In this document: in pieces, positions 36,192 through 44,630 of the stretch | How positions within the stretch are numbered: position 1 is the stretch's first letter | Layout of the letters: every line of letters begins with the position of its first letter | DNA from: an uncultured Gammaproteobacteria bacterium | GTDB lineage: Bacteria > Patescibacteriota > Microgenomatia > UBA1406 > HO2-37-13b | Assembly: GCA_964422025.1 (NCBI GenBank) | Contig: CAYQYZ010000008.1 | Span: 1 to 56,542, forward strand | DNA: 56,542 bases | Direction of reading: 5' to 3' | Notes under the pieces: generated by a model | The model's input: the letters and a program-made list of their open reading frames with translations, nothing else | Told to the model about the DNA's origin: nothing | Database searches by the model: none | Made by a program: the position numbers and the translations under genes

Positions 36192-36572
36192 TTAAAAGCT
36201 CAGGGAGCTTGTAAAGTAATTTCGAGTATTTACAACATCTTTCTTGATTTGTTCAATTAATTCTCTCTCGTTCTCATATTTCTCATTATCTCGCAGCTTT
36301 TTATATAATTCTACTTTCACTTCTTTCCCATAAATATCTCTATCAAAATCTAAAATATAACTTTCTAGTTTATAATCTTCTTCGCCAAATGTTTTTGCTT
36401 CACCAATAAAAGTCGCGGCCAAAAGTCTCTCATCGTTTACATATACGTGCGATGCATAAATGCCGGATTTAACTTCCTGATCAAGCTTTACATTAATAGT
36501 CGGGAACCCGAGCAATCTTCCTCGTCTTTTTCCTTCAATAACTTTTCCGGTAATGGTGTAAATGGCGTTCAT
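36192..36572 (-). CDS. Stand-alone riboflavin kinase domain (RibF C-terminal half)
   Basis: GKRRGRLLGFPTIN, GIYA, ESYILDFDRDIYG, LRDNEKY; no FAD synthetase domain attached. Confidence 0.9.
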   Translation of the reverse strand: MNAIYTITGKVIEGKRRGRLLGFPTINVKLDQEVKSGIYASHVYVNDERLLAATFIGEAKTFGEEDYKLESYILDFDRDIYGKEVKVELYKKLRDNEKYENERELIEQIKKDVVNTRNYFTSSLSF

Positions 36573-36614
36573 AGTTAATTGCAAATTTTAATAATTCAAG
36601 TATACTCTATGCGT

Positions 36615-37142
36615 ATGGAAACAGCAGTGTTTGGTGGGGGATGCTTTTGGTGTACCGAAGCGACTTTTCAACAATTAAAAGGAGTAAGTTCTGTAACTTC
36701 AGGGTATGCGGGGGGAGCAATGAATGCTCCTTCGTATCATGACGTAACAACTGGGGAAACCGGACATGCAGAAGTTATTAAAATAGAATTTGATCCGAAA
36801 GTAATTCCATATAACGATTTGTTGGAGATCTTTTTTAACACGCATAATCCTACTTCGTACAATCGACAAGGAAACGATGTCGGTACGCAATATCGCTCGA
36901 TTATTTTGTATACAACTGAGGAACAAAAGGTTATGGCCCAACAAGCTCGCGATGCGTTAATAACTTCTCGTCAATTTGAAGGGCCAATTGTAACTGAAAT
37001 TGAGCCTTTAAAGGAATTTTATTCTGCAGAACAGTATCATCAAGATTATTACAACCGAAATAAAACAGATGGATATTGTGAGTATGTTATTTCACCAAAG
37101 TTACAAAAGTTGAGAGAAAAATACTCTGACAAATTAAAATAA
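36615..37142 (+). CDS. msrA: Peptide methionine sulfoxide reductase MsrA
   Basis: GGGCFWCTEA, GYAGG, GHAEV, RQGNDVGTQYRS, AEQYHQDYY. Alternative start 36609. Confidence 0.96.
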   Translation: METAVFGGGCFWCTEATFQQLKGVSSVTSGYAGGAMNAPSYHDVTTGETGHAEVIKIEFDPKVIPYNDLLEIFFNTHNPTSYNRQGNDVGTQYRSIILYTTEEQKVMAQQARDALITSRQFEGPIVTEIEPLKEFYSAEQYHQDYYNRNKTDGYCEYVISPKLQKLREKYSDKLK

Positions 37143-37143
37143 T

Positions 37144-37578
37144 ATGAGTAGTCAACCACTCGGAATTTGCACCATCGTATTAAATGAAGATAAAACGAAA
37201 GTATTAATGGGAATAAGAAAAGGAAAGTATAAAGCAAGTTTTTATGGTTTGCCTGGAGGAATGCTTGAATTGGAAGAAACGTTAGAAAATGGTGCTCGCC
37301 GAGAACTCTTCGAAGAAACCTCTATCGTCGCCGACAAACTCTCATATATTGGAACTGTCCGAGAGCTGCAAGGAGATAATAATTTCATTCATTTTGTGTT
37401 TTGTTGTAGTACGTTTCAAGGGGTTCCCACACTTGTTGAGCCAGAAAAATGTGAAGGGTGGGAATGGATTGATTTAGAAAATGTACCCGAAAATATAATT
37501 CCCGGTCATAAAGCAGCGATCGATATGTATATTAATAGTAATAGCTTTCGCATTAGAGATATTACGAAAGCAGTATAA
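37144..37578 (+). CDS. NUDIX hydrolase (MutT/Nudt15-like)
   Basis: GLPGGMLELEETLENGARRELFEETSI, EPEKCEGWEW. Confidence 0.9.
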   Translation: MSSQPLGICTIVLNEDKTKVLMGIRKGKYKASFYGLPGGMLELEETLENGARRELFEETSIVADKLSYIGTVRELQGDNNFIHFVFCCSTFQGVPTLVEPEKCEGWEWIDLENVPENIIPGHKAAIDMYINSNSFRIRDITKAV

Positions 37579-37581
37579 TTT

Positions 37582-37947
37582 ATGAAACTCAATAAACTAA
37601 CTCCTGAAGAAGAGCGGGTGATTTTACATAAAGGAACCGAGGCGCCGTTTTCGGGAACGTATGACACGACTTTTAATGAAGGCACATACATTTGTCGCCA
37701 ATGCGAAACTCCATTATATACTTCAAATAGCAAATTTAATTCCGGATGTGGATGGCCTAGTTTTGACCAAGAAATTCCAGGCGCAGTTACAAGAACGGAG
37801 GATCCAGATGGATATGGTGGCTTTGAAATAATTTGTAACACATGCGATGCTCACTTAGGTCATGTATATGACGGCGAACGATTCACAGAAAAAAATACTC
37901 GTCATTGCGTGAATTCTATTTCGTTGAAGTTTGTGCCGAAAAGGTAA
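37582..37947 (+). CDS. msrB: Methionine-R-sulfoxide reductase MsrB (Zn-binding)
   Basis: GTEAPFSG, CRQC, KFNSGCGWPSF, CNTCDAHLGHVY, RHCVNS. Confidence 0.96.
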   Translation: MKLNKLTPEEERVILHKGTEAPFSGTYDTTFNEGTYICRQCETPLYTSNSKFNSGCGWPSFDQEIPGAVTRTEDPDGYGGFEIICNTCDAHLGHVYDGERFTEKNTRHCVNSISLKFVPKR

Positions 37948-37952
37948 CGTTT

Positions 37953-38045
37953 GAGATCCTGAAACAAGTTCAGGATGACAGTAGAGTTCAGGATGACCCT
38001 TCTCCGCTCTGCGAGCTTCGGAAGGGTAAGAGCACTCAGGATGAC
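37953..38045 (-). repeat. Cluster of REP-like repeats: one full 28-mer, two partial copies and a second hairpin type
   Basis: 37953-37980 reverse complement TGTCATCCTGAACTTGTTTCAGGATCTC; partial TCAGGATGAC copies near 37988 and 38036; hairpin CCCTTC...GAAGGG at 37997-38026. Confidence 0.8.
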
Positions 38046-38515
38046 TATTCTCTCCTTAGAAGTTTTAACATCGCAAACATAAATCGTGATTGTACTGCAT
38101 CTTTATTTCGTCGAGTGTGGGCTTTAATAAAAGCAGTCGTTTCTGCAATATCGTCATCTTGTTTATTTTTCGATAAGGTAATTTTTTTTGCTAGATCATA
38201 TATTTCCTCTTCATCGGCCGTAAATTCATACCCGTTATATTGCAAAAAAACTCCTGCTGAAACAATTGAAACACGTTTATTTCCATTATTAAATGGGTGT
38301 ATTTTATTAATGAAGTACATGTAACAGGCCGTTTTTGTGTAAATAGTAGGATATAGATCCTTTTTTCCAAATGTTCGTTGGGCAGAAGCAATTACGCCGT
38401 CTAATTTATCGAAATACGTGTGTTTGAATACCGGAATAGGGTCGTTATTTTTCTTAAAAAAGGACGCAAGTTCATTGCAGATTACTTCGAAGTCCGAAAG
38501 TGTTAAATAAACCAT
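38045..38515 (-). CDS. Doc-type Fic family toxin (death-on-curing)
   Basis: HPFNNGNKR Doc variant of the Fic motif; LYPTIYTKTA. Confidence 0.9.
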   Translation of the reverse strand: MVYLTLSDFEVICNELASFFKKNNDPIPVFKHTYFDKLDGVIASAQRTFGKKDLYPTIYTKTACYMYFINKIHPFNNGNKRVSIVSAGVFLQYNGYEFTADEEEIYDLAKKITLSKNKQDDDIAETTAFIKAHTRRNKDAVQSRFMFAMLKLLRRE

Positions 38516-38649
38516 TATTCATACGACAAACGTTTTAAGGTTTTGCCGTATTTCTTAATCATGACACGGGTATATTTTCGCGTCGTGTCTTCGCGTTTTG
38601 TTTCTTTATTGAAAAGTTTATCGACAAGTTTGGTGAGTTTTTTTTGCAT
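38515..38649 (-). CDS. 44-aa putative antitoxin of Doc (absent from ORF track)
   Basis: Manual translation MQKKLTKLVDKLFNKETKREDTTRKYTRVMIKKYGKTLKRLSYE*; its TAA overlaps the Doc ATG (TAATG); C-terminal Y..TLKRL resembles Doc antitoxin tails. Confidence 0.75.
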   Translation of the reverse strand: MQKKLTKLVDKLFNKETKREDTTRKYTRVMIKKYGKTLKRLSYE

Positions 38650-38692
38650 TTCAATAATGTATCAGATTGATATGATAAATGCAAGTTTTTCT

Positions 38693-38720
38693 GAGATTCT
38701 TCGCTCTGCTCAGAATGACA
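38693..38720 (-). repeat. REP-like 28-nt palindromic repeat, variant copy
   Basis: Reverse complement TGTCATTCTGAGCAGAGCGAAGAATCTC; same length and same TGTCAT and ATCTC ends as the other copies. Confidence 0.7.
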
Positions 38721-38744
38721 AAGTTTCATGTTATAATTCCATAA

Positions 38745-39299
38745 ATGACTCCAGGGAAAATAATATTTGAAGGAGAAACAGATGGTGGAAATGGCTTTGT
38801 AATACGCTATCCAAAACCAGACGACGTTCGAATGCTGCACCGATACATTAATAATCTTTCAAAAGAACAAACCTACGTAACATTCCAAGGCGAGACTATT
38901 TCATTAAAAAAAGAGCAAGAATTTTTGGATTATCAGCTTAATCGAATCGATCAAAAGCAAGCCGTTTTACTCCTCCTCGATGTTGATGGAGTAGTAGAAG
39001 GCGTTGCGGGAATTGATTTAAATGATCACACATCTTCGCATGTTGGAGTTATGGCGATTTCGATGAGTAAAGACTTTCGCGGTCAGGGAATTGGAGGATT
39101 ATTTTTAGATAAACTTATTGATGAAGCGAAAAAATGTTTGAGCGATATGAAATTAATTACACTATCAGTCTTTGCGGTTAACAAAGCTGCTATTAATTTG
39201 TATCAACGATTTGGCTTCAATGAATATGGGCGATTGCCTGGTGGAATTGTGTATAGGGATAAATTCGTTGATCAAATTGAAATGTGTAAAGAGGTATAG
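38745..39299 (+). CDS. GNAT family N-acetyltransferase
   Basis: FRGQGIGG acetyl-CoA motif, LSVFAVNKAAINLYQRFGF. Confidence 0.92.
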   Translation: MTPGKIIFEGETDGGNGFVIRYPKPDDVRMLHRYINNLSKEQTYVTFQGETISLKKEQEFLDYQLNRIDQKQAVLLLLDVDGVVEGVAGIDLNDHTSSHVGVMAISMSKDFRGQGIGGLFLDKLIDEAKKCLSDMKLITLSVFAVNKAAINLYQRFGFNEYGRLPGGIVYRDKFVDQIEMCKEV

Positions 39300-39323
39300 G
39301 CAGTATGGTACAATCGTTCGTAT

Positions 39324-40613
39324 ATGATTCGTTTGATGTTGGCTGTTTTTGCTGGAAAATTTACCGCATTAATAATTCGTACGTTTACTCAGTCGGGCGG
39401 TAGTGCTGCCCCGGGCCTTGTTGCTCTTTATATCGATTCTCAATTAATTCGCAAACTTGCAAAACAGATTCCGAAAAATATTGTAATTACGGGCACCAAC
39501 GGAAAAACAACAACGTCGGCAATGATCGCGCATATACTATCGCGCAGCGATGTTCAGATTATTCATAATAGTACTGGCTCTAATTTATCACGAGGGGTTG
39601 CTTCAAAACTGCTGAGCCAGAGCTCGTGGAGCGGAAAAATCTTTAATGCTGAGGTTGGTATTTGGGAGGCCGATGAAGCGGCATTTGTAGATATTATTTC
39701 TCAAATAAAACCAGAGCATATTATTCTCTTAAATCTTTTTCGTGATCAGTTAGATCGATATGGAGAAATAAATACGATTATTGAGAAGTGGAAAAAGGCG
39801 CTTGGAAAAGCCTCGTGGCAAAAAACAATATACATAAATGGTGACGATGGACATTTAGAGGATTTTATAAAAAATACTACTACTGAAATTCAAACTTTTG
39901 GAATTGCTGTTAGCCCTGTGAATTTCGAGAAAAAATCTGGCAAGAGTGATTTTGACATAAAAGCGCAAATTATCTCAACCGATATCGATAATACAGAAAT
40001 TGTTTTTGGACATAAAGGATTTGGAAAGAAGCTACAAATTCCAATTACAGGAATATATAACGTGTACAACTTTTTGGCTGCTTATTTAGTAGTCAACGAA
40101 TTACAGGTTTCTGCAGAAAATATTATCGATTCGCTAACATCGTTCAAACCGGCCTTTGGAAGAATGGAAAAAATTCGCGTGAACGATCGAGCTGGATTGA
40201 TTGCACTTATTAAAAATCCAACAGGGACAACGCAGGTTTTAGAGACAATCAAACCAATGATAAAAAAAGATGATATTCTTGTGTTTATGTTAAATGATAA
40301 TATCGCCGATGGCACTGATGTTTCATGGATTTGGGACGCGCATTTTGAAAAAATCACATCTAGTCTCTCGGTTTACATATCAGGAACCCGAAGATTTGAT
40401 ATGGCATTACGAGTAGCTTACGCCGGAATGAAAAAAGAATCGATTCATATAGAAAAGAACATTGACACGATTTTTTCAAAAATAGCTGAGCATGAATCAA
40501 AAGAGGGAAGAATATTTATTTTACCGACCTACACAGCACTGTTGGAGCTACAAGAGTATTTGACCAAAAATGGGTATAAAGATGAACAATGGCATAAGGA
40601 GGTTAAGCTATGA
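39324..40613 (+). CDS. murT: Lipid II isoglutaminyl synthase subunit MurT (Mur ligase family with DUF1727)
   Basis: ITGTNGKTTT, EADE, NLFRDQLDRYGE, FGRME, KNPTG, DGTDVSWIWD, SGTRRFDMALR, PTYTA. Confidence 0.92.
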   Translation: MIRLMLAVFAGKFTALIIRTFTQSGGSAAPGLVALYIDSQLIRKLAKQIPKNIVITGTNGKTTTSAMIAHILSRSDVQIIHNSTGSNLSRGVASKLLSQSSWSGKIFNAEVGIWEADEAAFVDIISQIKPEHIILLNLFRDQLDRYGEINTIIEKWKKALGKASWQKTIYINGDDGHLEDFIKNTTTEIQTFGIAVSPVNFEKKSGKSDFDIKAQIISTDIDNTEIVFGHKGFGKKLQIPITGIYNVYNFLAAYLVVNELQVSAENIIDSLTSFKPAFGRMEKIRVNDRAGLIALIKNPTGTTQVLETIKPMIKKDDILVFMLNDNIADGTDVSWIWDAHFEKITSSLSVYISGTRRFDMALRVAYAGMKKESIHIEKNIDTIFSKIAEHESKEGRIFILPTYTALLELQEYLTKNGYKDEQWHKEVKL

Positions 40614-41326
40614 AACTAACAATCGGCTATTTATACGGAGATTTGATGAATATTTACGGTGACACCGGGAATATTATTGCGCTGCAGTATCGTGCAAAAC
40701 TTCATAAAATCGAAACGGAAGTAAAAATGATTTCAATCGGCTCGTCATACAAATCGCACGACGCTGACATTCTTTTTTTTGGTGGTGGTCAAGATAGCAG
40801 TCAGATCGAAGTGTCAAAAGATTTGCAAATGACAAAAGGAAAAGTTATTAAACAAGAAGTCGAGCGGGGACTACCTCTGCTCTCCATATGTGGTGGGTAT
40901 CAATTGCTGGGGGAGTATTACCAACCTGATAAGGGGGAAAAGTTACCCGGAATTGGCATATTTGGAGCGTACACAATTGCCGGCACAAATCGTATGATTG
41001 GTAATATTATTATTGATTCCAACTGGGGCAAGCTTATCGGATTTGAAAATCACAGCGGAAAGACATTCTTACACGATGAAACTACAAAATTAGGTAGCGT
41101 GCTCTCTGGCTTTGGAAACAATGGAGAAGATCAAACCGAAGGCTGCATGTACAAAAACGCAATAGGTTGTTATATGCACGGGTCATTACTTCCCAAAAAT
41201 CCCACACTTACCGATTGGCTGATTAAAACTGCGCTACAAACAAAATATACTAGAGAAGTAGCTTTGAGCGAAGTAGACTCGACATTTGAAAACAAAGCGA
41301 GAAAGCACTTTCTTTCTGAAGATTAA
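40610..41326 (+). CDS. gatD: Glutamine amidotransferase GatD (CobQ-like)
   Basis: LYGDLMNIYGDTGN, GGGQD, ICGGYQLLG, GFENHSG, YMHGSLLPKNP; ATGA overlap with murT. Confidence 0.92.
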   Translation: MKLTIGYLYGDLMNIYGDTGNIIALQYRAKLHKIETEVKMISIGSSYKSHDADILFFGGGQDSSQIEVSKDLQMTKGKVIKQEVERGLPLLSICGGYQLLGEYYQPDKGEKLPGIGIFGAYTIAGTNRMIGNIIIDSNWGKLIGFENHSGKTFLHDETTKLGSVLSGFGNNGEDQTEGCMYKNAIGCYMHGSLLPKNPTLTDWLIKTALQTKYTREVALSEVDSTFENKARKHFLSED

Positions 41327-41342
41327 CTTGTATAATATTCGT

Positions 41343-42347
41343 ATGGCCCACGATCAGCGTTTTGAAGTAACTCCTAGTTGGACTGCGTTGTTTCGAATTA
41401 TATTGGTAATTCTTGCTACCCTTGTTACGTGGAAGTTGAAAGGGGTGATTATTATCGTACTGCTTGCAACCATGCTTTCTTCAGCATTGTACCCAACCGT
41501 TAGATATTTGACTAAATGGGTTTCGTTAACGGTAGCGTCAATAATTACATTAGCAGTGCTAACAGTTCCCTTAATTTCGACAGTCGCGGTTATTATTCCC
41601 AATTTTATACAACAGTTTCCAAGTCTTCTAAAAACACTTAATGTCATTGTTGTGCGGTCTACTTTTTTACCTCAATCATTAAAACAAATCGACTTTACAC
41701 AGTATACAGAAAGTAGTATTAGTTATTTACTTAACTCATCGGCGCAAATTACCGGATTTATTGCAACAATTATTACTATTCTTTTCATGACTCTATATAT
41801 GCTTATCGATTCGCAACGGCTACGAAGGATCTTGTTTGATAGTATTCCCCTAAAGCGTCGCGATGATTATTTAGCCATGTTTCGAGAGCTGTATGTCATT
41901 AACGGTCATTATATTCGAGGAAATTTACTTATTTCTGTTACCTGTGCCACGATCATATCTACTGGACTTTTAGCATTAAACGTTCCGTATGCAGTTCCAT
42001 TGGGAATTTTGGCAGGTATTTTAGATTTGCTACCACTTATTGGTGCTCTAACTGGTTCTATTCCTTCACTTATTATTGCGTTTGCAGTAAGTCCTACAAC
42101 AGGAATTCTTACGTTGGTTCTTTTCATTTTGTATCAACAGTTCGAGAATAATATTTTGGCTCCAAGCATTTACAAGCGAGTGCTTGATTTATCACCGTCA
42201 CTCAGTTTGCTTTCAGTAGTTATTGGAGCTACGTTGTTTGGAATGAGTGGCGCATTTATTGCTTTGCCAATTGCTGCGAGTTTACCCACTGTACTGGCTT
42301 TTTTGAATCGTGAGAACCTCATGCAAAAAGGATCCAAGACGCTCTAA
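41343..42347 (+). CDS. AI-2E family transporter (PerM/YdiK-like)
   Basis: Multi-TM; LDLLPLIG, YQQFENNILAP, GAFIALPIAA. Confidence 0.9.
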   Translation: MAHDQRFEVTPSWTALFRIILVILATLVTWKLKGVIIIVLLATMLSSALYPTVRYLTKWVSLTVASIITLAVLTVPLISTVAVIIPNFIQQFPSLLKTLNVIVVRSTFLPQSLKQIDFTQYTESSISYLLNSSAQITGFIATIITILFMTLYMLIDSQRLRRILFDSIPLKRRDDYLAMFRELYVINGHYIRGNLLISVTCATIISTGLLALNVPYAVPLGILAGILDLLPLIGALTGSIPSLIIAFAVSPTTGILTLVLFILYQQFENNILAPSIYKRVLDLSPSLSLLSVVIGATLFGMSGAFIALPIAASLPTVLAFLNRENLMQKGSKTL

Positions 42348-42367
42348 ACTCTGGTATACTTGTGCCT

Positions 42368-43273
42368 ATGGATGATGACAAATATAAAGCTATTTGGCTT
42401 TCATATTCAGGAATGAAGGATTTTACGAATTGTCCGCGCGCTTATTACTTCCGTTACGTATATAAAAACCCCCGAACTGGAAAAAAAGTGAGTATTGCAA
42501 AACCGGCACTCTCATTGGGACAGGTCGTACACTCAGTACTTGATCAAATTTCTACGTTGCCATCAGCAGATCGATTCGAACTCCCTTTAGTCGATCGATA
42601 CGAAGCAGAATGGAAAACTGTTACCGGAAAAAAAGGTGGATTTAGTAGTACTGAAGAGGAGGGTATGTACAAATCTCGTGGGGAAGCTATGGTTTCTCGG
42701 TTGGTACAACACCCAGGAATTCTTAAACTTCCAGCAGTCAAGATTAAAGAGCAATTGCCTTATTATTGGATTTCGAAAGATGAGAATTTAATTTTGTGTG
42801 GAAAAATTGACTGGCTTCAATATGATGAAAAAAGTGACTCGGTGCATATTATCGATTTTAAGACCGGAAAAGGAAAAGAGCATGACGGTTCGCTTCAGTT
42901 ACCAATCTATTATTTGCTAACAACTCATTGTCAAAAACGGGCAGTTGCAGGTGCGAGTTATTGGTATTTAGAAAGTGATTATGATCCTGTTACTGTTCAG
43001 CTTCCCAATGCAAAAGATTCTGAAAAACAAATCATGGAAATTGGACTGCGTCTGAAATTGGCTCGTCAATTAAATCACTTTAAATGTATAAGCGATGATA
43101 AAATGGGATGTAGATATTGTGCTCCGTTACAAGCTGTTGTAGAAGGCAGGGGGGAATTCGTTGGTAATTCAAATTGGGGTGATGAAATATATTATCTTTC
43201 GCCACAAGCAATGAGTTTATCAACAGGAAGTCCGCAATATGATTCTACGGACATTCCTGATGAAGAAGAATAA
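42368..43273 (+). CDS. Solo PD-(D/E)XK nuclease of RecB/AddB/Cas4-like type with four Cys (possible Fe-S staple)
   Basis: LSYS..DFTNCPRAYY, GQVVH, GKIDWL, IIDFKTG, QLPIYY, C-terminal C...CRYC. ORF track start 42362. Confidence 0.85.
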   Translation: MDDDKYKAIWLSYSGMKDFTNCPRAYYFRYVYKNPRTGKKVSIAKPALSLGQVVHSVLDQISTLPSADRFELPLVDRYEAEWKTVTGKKGGFSSTEEEGMYKSRGEAMVSRLVQHPGILKLPAVKIKEQLPYYWISKDENLILCGKIDWLQYDEKSDSVHIIDFKTGKGKEHDGSLQLPIYYLLTTHCQKRAVAGASYWYLESDYDPVTVQLPNAKDSEKQIMEIGLRLKLARQLNHFKCISDDKMGCRYCAPLQAVVEGRGEFVGNSNWGDEIYYLSPQAMSLSTGSPQYDSTDIPDEEE

Positions 43274-43288
43274 AACGAGTTTTTAAAA

Positions 43289-43510
43289 TTACTTCTTGCT
43301 GTTGCTGCACATTTTGCAGTAACCCATATGCATCATCAAGTCGATGACTGCTGATAATCCAACCAAAATATAAACAACTTTTTCGCTCATAGATCCTTCA
43401 CCCAATAGTGAAGCAACAAGATTTACATCAAAAAGACCGACTAAGCCCCAGTTTAAGGCTCCAACGATTACTAAAAGATACGTAGCTGTGTGTAGTGGTT
43501 TATGTTCCAT
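43289..43510 (-). CDS. DUF378 small membrane protein
   Basis: LVIVGALNWGLVGLFDVNLV, VYILVGLSA; SD GGAGGTG upstream. Confidence 0.9.
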   Translation of the reverse strand: MEHKPLHTATYLLVIVGALNWGLVGLFDVNLVASLLGEGSMSEKVVYILVGLSAVIDLMMHMGYCKMCSNSKK

Positions 43511-43602
43511 ATATTTCACCTCCCCTCGCCATTCTTATTTGATTCTAGATGTTTGTACATATAAAAAGCAAGCAGATAAATTCATGATACAATTGGATTG
43601 TT

Positions 43603-44466
43603 ATGAAAAGGAAAACGATACTAATTACCGGGTGTTCGAGTGGATTTGGATTTGAGACGGCCGTTAAACTCTCTCAGAGTGAGTACATGGTTTTTGCTGG
43701 GGTACGAAATGTAAAAAGTAATGGAGCTATAAAGCTCCAGTTAGCAATTAAGCGCAATAATCTCCCAATAACAATTATAAAACTCGATGTAAATTCTGAT
43801 GTATCGGTGAAAACAGCGGTTACTCAGATTCTCAAAAAGACTCCTAGAATTGATGTATTAATAAACAATGCAGGTTATGGAACACGTGGACCGGTTGAAG
43901 ATTTTTCTATTAATGAAGTGAAAGCGCAATTTGAAACAAATGTGTATGGAGTTTTGCGAATGATAAAAGTAGTAGCTCCAATTATGCGAAAGCAAAAGTC
44001 GGGACTTATTATTAATTTCAGCTCAATCAGCGGTTTGGTTTCATTTCCATTGTTTAGTATTTATTCTGCATCAAAATATGCAATCGAAACGCTTACGGAA
44101 GGCTTGTGGTTTGAATTGAAACATTTTGGAATTAACGTTTGTATGGTAGAACCGGGGTCGTTTAAGACGAGTTTTGCGCAAAATCGAAAAGATGCAGAGT
44201 CAATGTATCGAGTCAATTCTCCATACAAGAAGTTAATAGCAACATTTGATTCCCGATACAAGAAAACACATGCAAAAACGAGTGGAGTAACATCGAAACA
44301 AAAAGGACCAGAACAGGTAGTTGATGCTATTTTAGAGATCATAGAGTCCGACTCAGTGAAGCTACGATATCGAATTGGAAATGATGCCCATAAGAATTAT
44401 TGGATCCGGAAATTGATGCCAGATTTTTTGTGGATGAAGCTGTTGAGAAGGATATATAGGTGGTAA
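43603..44466 (+). CDS. Short-chain dehydrogenase/reductase
   Basis: ITGCSSGFG, NNAG, YSASK, EPG. Confidence 0.93.
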   Translation: MKRKTILITGCSSGFGFETAVKLSQSEYMVFAGVRNVKSNGAIKLQLAIKRNNLPITIIKLDVNSDVSVKTAVTQILKKTPRIDVLINNAGYGTRGPVEDFSINEVKAQFETNVYGVLRMIKVVAPIMRKQKSGLIINFSSISGLVSFPLFSIYSASKYAIETLTEGLWFELKHFGINVCMVEPGSFKTSFAQNRKDAESMYRVNSPYKKLIATFDSRYKKTHAKTSGVTSKQKGPEQVVDAILEIIESDSVKLRYRIGNDAHKNYWIRKLMPDFLWMKLLRRIYRW

Positions 44467-44478
44467 TGTTTATACTCC

Positions 44479-44573
44479 GCTCGATATCGTGATTCTCAAC
44501 CATAGTGAGCCCGCCTCAATTTTATACACAATCAAAGTAGCAGTCTCAAATGGTCTCGAATCAGATATCTCGC
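44479..44573 (-). other. Long imperfect hairpin (~95 nt) in the SDR / beta-CASP intergenic gap
   Basis: Nested pairings GATATC/GATATC, TGATTC/GAATCA, ACCAT/ATGGT, TGAG/CTCA, CTGC/GCGG; G-U and tandem G-A pairs fit the minus strand better. Confidence 0.45.
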
Positions 44574-44630
44574 GCCGTATTTCTGTTTCCCCTCTATCTT
44601 TTACACTCGTAGGTATGCTATAAATAAACA

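Noticed and set aside
42368-43273. CRISPR-Cas locus around a Cas4-like gene
   Set aside because: No regularly spaced direct repeats and no cas1, cas2 or effector genes anywhere in the window.
44479-44573. SRP (4.5S) RNA
   Set aside because: Size and rod shape fit, but the conserved CAGG...GNRA...AGCAG domain IV arrangement is absent on both strands.
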